From Thermoproteota archaeon (GTDB lineage: Archaea > Asgardarchaeota > Jordiarchaeia > Jordiarchaeales > Freyrarchaeaceae), in assembly GCA_029258835.1 (NCBI GenBank), contig JAPDJY010000058.1, positions 1 to 26,742 on the forward strand: 26,742 nucleotides of DNA, in the 5' to 3' direction. Both the position numbers and the translations under genes were made by a program. This document shows positions 17,809 to 24,793 of this stretch, one piece after another; within the stretch, counting starts at the first letter, position 1, and every line of letters starts with the position of its first letter. A model generated the notes under the pieces. That model made no database searches, was not told where the DNA came from, and saw only the letters and a list, made by a program, of their open reading frames with translations.

Positions 17809-17947
17809 GCACCCTCTTCAACGTGTAGCCCCATAATATCCGCCAGCTGGAACCCTTCTCCCCCCATCTTTCTGTCGCCCGCTGGCAGTCCTGTGAGCAA
17901 CTTCTCCGCCTACGATGAAGCGAAGCTGAACCATCCCAGCCCCTAAG

Positions 17948-18370
17948 TCACGTCTTCCTCCTCTTTATCACCTCTACTATTCCCGTTTCTCCGTCAACCT
18001 TCACGTAGTCTCCACTCTCTATCACTTCAAGCGGGTCTCTATCCAAACTGTCGATGAATGGTATTTCCGCAAGGATCGCCCCAGTTAAAACTATCTCCTC
18101 CGTCTTAACATTTATTATGGCTGCAGGCCCCGTGCCACGCTTCTTCATGGCGAATATAGCGAAGGGGTTGTAGGTCGTCCCTTTACCGAACGGGAAAACC
18201 AGAACTTTCCCCTTGATATCGCATCCCTCAAGCTCATGTCCCTTCTCGATGACGATCCCCGTATTCGGGTCAACCCCTCCTATGAATGATATTGGCTGGC
18301 TTGAAACGACGGCCTCGCCCTCGGCCTTCCCCTTAACCAGACCGCGACCCCTCAATACTATTGACATCAC
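17948..18370 (-). CDS. Aconitase X small (swivel) subunit, DUF126
   Basis: GRGLVKGKAEGEAVVS..PISFIGGVDP.TG, GKVLVFPFGKG, PAAII, GAILAEIP, VKVDGETG. Confidence 0.9.
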   Translation of the reverse strand: MMSIVLRGRGLVKGKAEGEAVVSSQPISFIGGVDPNTGIVIEKGHELEGCDIKGKVLVFPFGKGTTYNPFAIFAMKKRGTGPAAIINVKTEEIVLTGAILAEIPFIDSLDRDPLEVIESGDYVKVDGETGIVEVIKRRKT

Positions 18371-19608
18371 TTACCCCTCCACTTCCCGGTGATCGCCGCT
18401 TCAATACACTCCCTTGTGCTTCCGTAAAGGTGTTCAACTCCTGGAGCATAGTAAGCAGACCTAGGAGAGTTCGTTGCCACCACCTTCACACCATGCGCTG
18501 CGAATGGTGCACCCGGACCCATGCATATGTTAGTCACGAGGAGTCCGCCTGCTTTCTCGATAGTCTGAGTCCACCCAGCCCTGTCGGCAACAACCTTAAC
18601 TTGGTAGGATGTCCCAACCCAAAGCTTTACGTCCTCGTGCACCTTCCTCCCCTCAAGCATCTCAGCCACCTTCCTTATCTCCTCGTAGGTCAAGTGGGGA
18701 CACCCAAAGTTCACCATATCCACATGATCTTCGCCCGTCGTTGATATCTCGTCGTAGGCTGCCCTAACATCCGCCATGTCAACCTGCACCTTCTCCGGCT
18801 TCTCCCCCCCACATGCAGCCTCCAGCGTTGGCGCCTCCGGCGTCAATCCGGGTATGTGAAACATCGGGACAGCTCCGCTGACGTGCAGCGGGGAAGCTAT
18901 CGCCCTCAGATCCTCTAGGCTTAACTTCTTTGGAAGCCCGATAAAGACGGGGATGTCGCCGCCCACAACCTTCCCCACGTGGAAAGCTAGGGCCCCATAG
19001 TCAGCATCAGTGAACTCCTTAAAGTTTATCTTGGTACAGTCAATCAGCACCTGTCCCTTCCTGTTCTCGTCAAGGTGGAGGCCATACTCCGGCACCCTTC
19101 CAGTGATCGCCACACAGTAGTTTGTCACAGCCCCCTCCATGTTCCCACGCGCGCCAAGAACGGAGTTCGCGAAGACAACACCCGAGGACCCAGTCCAGGA
19201 GAAAACGTCTCCGGGCATGAGAAAGTCCCCGAGAAGGTATTGGATGCACGTTCCCATCGGTATAACGCCCATCTTCAGCGAGTAGCTGAAGATCTGCTCG
19301 GCTAACTGCCTTATTTCAGGAGAGTTTCCATATATGGTGCCAACCTCCTCCCAGTGCTCATAGTCGATCCCCCATGGATGCCTAGTAGTGAAGCACCTGA
19401 ACCTCGCTCCACCCTGAATAAGCCTCTCATACCATTCAATCTCCTCGAGAAACAGGCCGGCAGCCACGTGTGCACTCTTCGCCTTAATCATCCTCTCGGC
19501 ACCGTAAGCGTCAGCAAGCTTCACTAGTATACTCATAGCCTCCTGGGTTCCAGCACCATACTCCCCATCAAGCATCCTCTCCTCTTCCTTAGTTAGGAAA
19601 ACCATCAC
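18367..19608 (-). CDS. Aconitase X large (catalytic Fe-S) subunit, DUF521
   Basis: LTKEEERMLDGEYG, TC.QY, SS.VVFANSVLGARGN, AITGRVPEYGLHL, GAVPMFHIPGLTPEA, GCPH, NICM, ATNS. Confidence 0.9.
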   Translation of the reverse strand: MMVFLTKEEERMLDGEYGAGTQEAMSILVKLADAYGAERMIKAKSAHVAAGLFLEEIEWYERLIQGGARFRCFTTRHPWGIDYEHWEEVGTIYGNSPEIRQLAEQIFSYSLKMGVIPMGTCIQYLLGDFLMPGDVFSWTGSSGVVFANSVLGARGNMEGAVTNYCVAITGRVPEYGLHLDENRKGQVLIDCTKINFKEFTDADYGALAFHVGKVVGGDIPVFIGLPKKLSLEDLRAIASPLHVSGAVPMFHIPGLTPEAPTLEAACGGEKPEKVQVDMADVRAAYDEISTTGEDHVDMVNFGCPHLTYEEIRKVAEMLEGRKVHEDVKLWVGTSYQVKVVADRAGWTQTIEKAGGLLVTNICMGPGAPFAAHGVKVVATNSPRSAYYAPGVEHLYGSTRECIEAAITGKWRGK

Positions 19609-19910
19609 ACTCCCCCCTTAGCCAGGTAACACAGAGCCTGCTAAAAAAGGGAAACAGCACCCTCCCAAGAAGCCCGGTCACCTCCCATCAGAGACTTTCC
19701 ACCTTCCTTAAACCTTGAAGTCACCTACAATCCCTTGTAAAAGGGGGGCAAGTTGTATATTAAGCTTTTCAAGGTGGAAACGTGCACCGTCAACAGCTCC
19801 TTCCCAGCAGGTTCTTGATTAAGCGGTTAAACTCGCACTCCGAAGGCACAGATTCCAAACGTTACGAACCCGTTAGAGGGAGGCGTCTAAGCGGGATCTC
19901 CCCGATCACT

Positions 19911-19970
19911 TTAATAATAGCAGAAAAGTTTTTATTGATTTTTTAATAATTTTTATTTAAAACTTATTAA
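19911..19970. promoter_or_regulatory. Tandem palindromic operators (NikR-like) upstream of the ECF transporter
   Basis: TTAATAA-N14-TTATTGA (19911-19938) and TTAATAA-N14-TTATTAA (19943-19970), with identical spacing, overlapping the AT-rich promoter. Confidence 0.6.
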
Positions 19971-19990
19971 GAACGTTTGAGGGGGTTGCT

Positions 19991-20770
19991 TTGGCTCACA
20001 TACACTTGCCGGACGGTGTTATGCCGTTAGAGTGGTGTGCTGTGTGGTTTATAGTGGCTGGTGTCTTAATAGGAGTTGCAATGCTTGCCGCTAGGCGGGA
20101 AGCCGAGTTTAGGCAGAGGATCTTGGTTGCCTTTCTCACGGTTATATTGTTCGTTGTAATGATGATACCGGTTCCCTCCCCCTTCGGGGGAACGCACGTT
20201 AACTTGACGTCTCTGGCTGGAATAGTTGCTGGCCCCGTCGGCTCCGCAGTCGTGGTTTTCATCGTCAGCGTGGCGCTGTCCCTTATAGGGCACGGCGGAG
20301 TAACGGTCTTAGGGGCGAACATCTCCGTCCTCTACTTCGAGTCGGTCGCCGCGTACGTTTTCTACAGGCTTCTCCGACGTCGCTTTGAAGTTTACGCTTC
20401 CGCCTTCACAGCCACCGTGGTATCCCTAATCTTAAGTACCGTCTTAACAAGCGCTGTTCTAGCTGTTTCAATAACGGGTTCACCATGGTTCTACCTCAAC
20501 GAGTACTTCTACGAGAACCCGCTAGTCCCCTGGCTCTGGGTTTTCGCGTCGCCACAGTTGGTCTTCCAAGTTAACCTGTTCTACGCCTTGTTAAAGGCTG
20601 CTGAGCTATCCTCTCCCTTAAGGTTCTTCACAGTGTTCTTGGCAGCGACCGCTCCAGCTAACGTTTCCGTAGCGTTCATCGAGGCGTTCATTACGAGCGT
20701 GGTTGTTCAGAGCGTTGCTAGGTCGAGGACGGACATAGTGGTCGCCGAACGCACGATGAGGAGGGTTTAA
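19991..20770 (+). CDS. cbiM: ECF-type Ni/Co transporter substrate component (CbiM/NikM)
   Basis: N-terminal HIHLPDG, GGTH, AGIVAGP, GHGGVTVLGAN, IEAFIT. Multiple TM helices. Confidence 0.88.
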   Translation: MAHIHLPDGVMPLEWCAVWFIVAGVLIGVAMLAARREAEFRQRILVAFLTVILFVVMMIPVPSPFGGTHVNLTSLAGIVAGPVGSAVVVFIVSVALSLIGHGGVTVLGANISVLYFESVAAYVFYRLLRRRFEVYASAFTATVVSLILSTVLTSAVLAVSITGSPWFYLNEYFYENPLVPWLWVFASPQLVFQVNLFYALLKAAELSSPLRFFTVFLAATAPANVSVAFIEAFITSVVVQSVARSRTDIVVAERTMRRV

Positions 20771-20772
20771 CC

Positions 20773-21507
20773 TTGCCATCTTTTGTTGAGAAGTACCTGC
20801 CCAGTACCCCCATGGTCGAGTACTTCTCCACTCGCCGGTCCTTTTACCATGACCTTCACACTCTCTCCAAGCTTTCCTTCTCTATGTCCATGGTTTTCCT
20901 TACGGTTTACCTCAAAGACCCTCGCCTTATACTTTTCATGCCTCTAATAGCTCTCTCCTTGGTTGCAGCCTCACGCCTACCGGTCGTAACGGTGCTACGC
21001 TGGTCTCTCACACCAGTTCTCTTCGCAGCCGTCCTATGCGTCTTCCTCCCGCTTATAGGATACCCTTTAACCGGGGCGATACTGATCTTCGTTAAGGCTG
21101 TTACTTCAGCTTGGTTCATGTTCCTCCTGATCCTGACAACCCCCATAACGAACCTAGCTAGAGTTATCTCAAGGGTGCTCCCCCCATGGTTAGCCGACAC
21201 GCTCATACTAACCTCAAGGTACTTCTTCCTGTTTTTCGATGAGGTTCAAAGAATGTTCAGGGCCATGGACTCTAGGGGGAGTCCGCCCTTAAAGAGGAAA
21301 CTACTATTGACCTCAAACATGATGGCCACCCTCTTCGTGAGGGGGTACGAGCGGGCTGAGAGGGTTTACGTTGCGATGTCGTCCAGAGGATACAAGTCGA
21401 GGATCCCGCTGGCATCTTCTGAACGCTTCAGGATGCGCGACACAGCCTTCATCGCATCCAATTTAGCCATCCTAGCCGCCTTCTCGCTCTTAGAGGTGAT
21501 CCTATGA
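20773..21507 (+). CDS. cbiQ: ECF transporter transmembrane T component (CbiQ/NikQ)
   Basis: TM helices, RYFFLFFDE, AMDSRG and AMSSRG motifs, LFVRGYERAERVY. Confidence 0.88.
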   Translation: MPSFVEKYLPSTPMVEYFSTRRSFYHDLHTLSKLSFSMSMVFLTVYLKDPRLILFMPLIALSLVAASRLPVVTVLRWSLTPVLFAAVLCVFLPLIGYPLTGAILIFVKAVTSAWFMFLLILTTPITNLARVISRVLPPWLADTLILTSRYFFLFFDEVQRMFRAMDSRGSPPLKRKLLLTSNMMATLFVRGYERAERVYVAMSSRGYKSRIPLASSERFRMRDTAFIASNLAILAAFSLLEVIL

Positions 21508-22319
21508 AAGCGGTCGAAATAGACTGCGTGGAGCATGTTTATCCTGACGGGACGAGGGCCCTCTGCGGGGCATGCTTGGAGGTCGAGGAAGGAGAGTCGG
21601 TGGCTGTTCTAGGGCCTAACGGCTCCGGTAAAACCACCCTTCTCCTCCACCTTAACGGGTCACTGCTCCCCCGTGAGGGAAGCGTTAAAGTATTCGGTGA
21701 GCCCGTCTCCAAGAGAAACCTTGACTGGGTTAGGAGAACGGTCGGGGTGGTTTTCCAAGACTCGGACGATCAGCTCTTCATGCCGACAGTCCTCGACGAT
21801 GTAGCTTTTGGCCCGCTAAACTTTAAACCTAGGGAGGAGGCGCTCAGGGACGTAGAGGAGGTCATGAGGGAGCTTAACATACTGGACCTGAAGGATAAAA
21901 TCCCCCACTTTCTGAGTGGTGGACAGAAGAAGCTTGTAGCCATAGCAGGGGTGCTCGTCATGAAGCCTAGGATCCTCGTGCTCGACGAGCCCACCGTCGG
22001 ACTCGACGCCGAAGCCAAGAACAGGATAGTACAGACTATAATCGAGCTTAAGCAGCGGTACAAGTTAACCCTTATCTTTTCAACGTTTGACGTCGAGGTC
22101 GTCCCCCTTCTAGCAGACAAGGTCGCCATCCTCAAGGAAGGAAAAATAATCTATTATGGAGGTGTGAGGAGGGCGTTAACTGACACTGAGCTGCTGAGGG
22201 AGGCTCGCCTGAACCCTCCCCCATACGTTAAACTGGCTGAACTCCTCGGAATAGAGGAGAAGCCTTTAACCCTTGAGGAAGCCTCAAAGACCTTTTCAAG
22301 GTTTATCTCTAACAAGTAG
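21504..22319 (+). CDS. cbiO: ECF transporter ATPase (CbiO/NikO)
   Basis: Walker A GPNGSGKT, VFQDSDDQLF, LSGGQKK, LDEPT. The H-loop reads STFD instead of the usual STHD. Confidence 0.9.
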   Translation: MKAVEIDCVEHVYPDGTRALCGACLEVEEGESVAVLGPNGSGKTTLLLHLNGSLLPREGSVKVFGEPVSKRNLDWVRRTVGVVFQDSDDQLFMPTVLDDVAFGPLNFKPREEALRDVEEVMRELNILDLKDKIPHFLSGGQKKLVAIAGVLVMKPRILVLDEPTVGLDAEAKNRIVQTIIELKQRYKLTLIFSTFDVEVVPLLADKVAILKEGKIIYYGGVRRALTDTELLREARLNPPPYVKLAELLGIEEKPLTLEEASKTFSRFISNK

Positions 22320-22586
22320 GGTTCCCGTCTGCTTCTAGAGGTCTTATTAGCCTCCTCTTTAATTTAGGGGTCCTACCTTGGTGATATTTTAAACTATCCT
22401 CCGGAGTTTCCCAGATTACACTCCAAAAGAACGGTAAACATATTTAATTCTGCTTTAACTTTCCGCTTAACCTGTTTAACTCTACTTTAAAAACTGCAAA
22501 AACAGGTAGAAATAGCGTTAGGATTTTTTGGACAGATACCCTAAATAACCTCCTTCTAAGAAATAATTCTCCTTGAGCTGGAGGGC

Positions 22587-22823
22587 GTGGTTGAGTTGAT
22601 GTTCAGGAAGGTGCTGCTCCGTCACGGTTTCAGGAGGAATAGGCGAAGCGACGAGTTACAGTATATAGGGCACTGGGACAAGTTGGGGGGTATTTATGTA
22701 ACGCTCAAACCTAAAATGGCCGTTGTTGAAGTGAAGGATAGGAACGCAATATACGTGTTTAGAAGTGCAAGGGAGCTTGAGCTATTTATAAGAGACCTGA
22801 AAACGTCAGTCAACATGGCTTAA
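22587..22823 (+). CDS. Small hypothetical protein
   Basis: GGAGG SD upstream, T-rich terminator-like run downstream. Confidence 0.6.
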   Translation: MVELMFRKVLLRHGFRRNRRSDELQYIGHWDKLGGIYVTLKPKMAVVEVKDRNAIYVFRSARELELFIRDLKTSVNMA

Positions 22824-22922
22824 ACCCCCTTCTTTGTCTCATTCCTTTTTTAGCATGAATTCTCCCGTCCTTGAAGCTAAAGAATCCTCTCCTGAAGAAG
22901 GGGGAAAGATGGTGATTACCTG

Positions 22923-23324
22923 CTAGCTGCGCGCTAGCGAAACAGCCTTCTCGTACTTCATAATTCTCTGAACAACCTTCCTGCTCAGCACCCCGACTAT
23001 TCTTCCCTCCTCGGTTACAGCCAGCCTTTTAATCCCCGTCTCCTGAAAGATCCTCCATGCCTCCGAGAGGGGCGCCTTCCCATCCACGGTGCGTATCTCT
23101 CTAACCATTATGTCTTCCGCCTTGATATCCTCCAAGGGCTTTCGCTGGGCTACGAGCCTAAAAATGCTCCCGTCTGTAACCAACCCAACTATCCTTCCAG
23201 CCTGGTCCTCTACGAAAACAGAGCCAACCTCCGCGTCAACCATAATACTGGCAATGGCGGGAACGTCGTCGTTCACCCTACACGTAACCAGCCTACGCCT
23301 CGCAACATCTCCAACGGAAACCAA
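22923..23324 (-). CDS. CBS-domain pair protein
   Basis: VGDVARR.LVTC, VGSVFVED..GRIVGLVTD, AEDIMVR, IKRLAVTEEGRIVGVLS. The start is set at TTG 23324 after GGGGGTGG. Confidence 0.85.
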   Translation of the reverse strand: MVSVGDVARRRLVTCRVNDDVPAIASIMVDAEVGSVFVEDQAGRIVGLVTDGSIFRLVAQRKPLEDIKAEDIMVREIRTVDGKAPLSEAWRIFQETGIKRLAVTEEGRIVGVLSRKVVQRIMKYEKAVSLARS

Positions 23325-23515
23325 CCATCCACCCCCAAAGTTTAAGATAAAGCATAAGGCATGTCGGTGAATAAAAACTTTTCCAGCTGAAACCGTGGAC
23401 ATGTCCTCGCCATCCTCCAATAGTCCCTTAATTCTCCACCTGCACCATCCCTAACCATCCTTTTGCCACCTTAAACCTTAAAAGAACGGTTCGCCTCCTC
23501 GATCCTGGTGGTTGC

Positions 23516-23797
23516 ATGAGGATTCATGTAAGCCTCCTCGTAAGCAGGAAACAGGATATAATCCCCGGTATTGCAAGAAAGTTCCACATTAGCGAATCTC
23601 AAGCCGTAAAGTTTCTCATGCTAGCCGTGGAGGAGCTGGCTAGGTCGAAGAAGCTAACAGTGATGGACGGAGAGATAATAGGGGGAGACGAGGAAGTCGG
23701 ATCTCTCATCAGGGAAGTAGAAGGCTGGACTGAAGACGAGTTCGACGAGGAAGACTTCGAAATAATAGGCTACTGCCGCTCCATCGCCGACGGCTAA
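23516..23797 (+). CDS. Small hypothetical protein with acidic C-terminus
   Basis: ATG after GGTGG, promoter-like CCTTAAAA upstream, oligo-T downstream. Confidence 0.65.
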   Translation: MRIHVSLLVSRKQDIIPGIARKFHISESQAVKFLMLAVEELARSKKLTVMDGEIIGGDEEVGSLIREVEGWTEDEFDEEDFEIIGYCRSIADG

Positions 23798-23881
23798 CCT
23801 TTCAGATGGAGTAGCTTTTTATTTTTCAACCTTCCTAATAGTTTAAGGCAGTTAACTCTTCTCTCGGTTGGAGGCTCTCTC

Positions 23882-24640
23882 ATGGCCTTACCCATCAACC
23901 GATACAGCTTTTTCATCAGGGAGAAATGTAATCTCTGCGGCGTCTGCTTCAACCAGTGTCCAGCCTTAAACCTTCCCTTAGATCAGGCTAGGGAGGAGAT
24001 AGTAAAGCTCGTGGAGGGGAGGATTAACGAAAGTCTCGTCTTCAAGAAATGTGAGAACTGCTCCTCATGCGACGTCCTATGCACCAGCGGCGCAAACCCT
24101 TACGAGCTCATCCTCCTAAGAATGTACGAGCAGTACGTTCAGAAGGGCGTATCGTCGCCTGCAAGGTTCTTCCTTCCACACCATGTTCCAAACTTCAGGA
24201 CGGTTGCCATATCGCGGCTTCCAAAAGACGAGGTCTCCCTGCTCGACTCGTGGACTTCAAACACGCTTAAAATGAAGGCGAAGGGGGAGAAGGAGGTCGT
24301 ATACACAGGGTGCAATTACCTCGTCGCACCCTACGCAGTCCCCCTGAACCTCATTAAAGGGTTAAAGGTCATCGGCAGCTTTGGCCTCTGCTGCGGGGAA
24401 ATGTACTACCGCATGGGCCTCTTCGAGGCGTTTGAGAGGTCGGCTGAGGACCTGACAGGCTACTTTCAAAAGCTTAACGTGAAGAAGGTGGTGACGGTTT
24501 GCGTCGCATGCCACAATGTGATCTCGAACATCTACCCTCGACTTGGAATAGACCCAGACTTTGAAACCCAGTACCTAGGAGACTGGCTGGCTGAAAAGAT
24601 CGACAAGGGCAAGGTGAAGGTTAAGACCAAGTCTGCATAG
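23882..24640 (+). CDS. (Fe-S)-binding oxidoreductase subunit (4Fe-4S dicluster + CCG domain), probably C-terminally truncated
   Basis: CNLCGVCFNQCP, CENCSSCDVLC, YTGC, CCG, CVAC. It stops right after the first CCG domain. Confidence 0.78.
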   Translation: MALPINRYSFFIREKCNLCGVCFNQCPALNLPLDQAREEIVKLVEGRINESLVFKKCENCSSCDVLCTSGANPYELILLRMYEQYVQKGVSSPARFFLPHHVPNFRTVAISRLPKDEVSLLDSWTSNTLKMKAKGEKEVVYTGCNYLVAPYAVPLNLIKGLKVIGSFGLCCGEMYYRMGLFEAFERSAEDLTGYFQKLNVKKVVTVCVACHNVISNIYPRLGIDPDFETQYLGDWLAEKIDKGKVKVKTKSA

Positions 24641-24793
24641 AAGAATAGGCTGAAACAGGGCGTCGAATGTATAAACCGTGAAGACTACTAGGTTGGATTC
24701 TCCAGTAAAGTACCCAAATCTTTTCTTAGACATTCCATATATCGAGTCTCCAAGTTAAGCTTATCAACTGAGCAGATTAGATCTTAATCGAAG

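Noticed and set aside
17562-17836. Overlapping short ORFs, or SECIS/SRP/RNase P RNA, in the structured region
   Set aside because: No SRP or RNase P signature motifs and no selenoprotein nearby. Similarity to the tnpB 3' end explains the region.
24638-24691. TAG read-through (pyrrolysine) extending the Fe-S protein
   Set aside because: Read-through adds only KNRLKQGVECINREDY before another stop, with no CCG-domain similarity.
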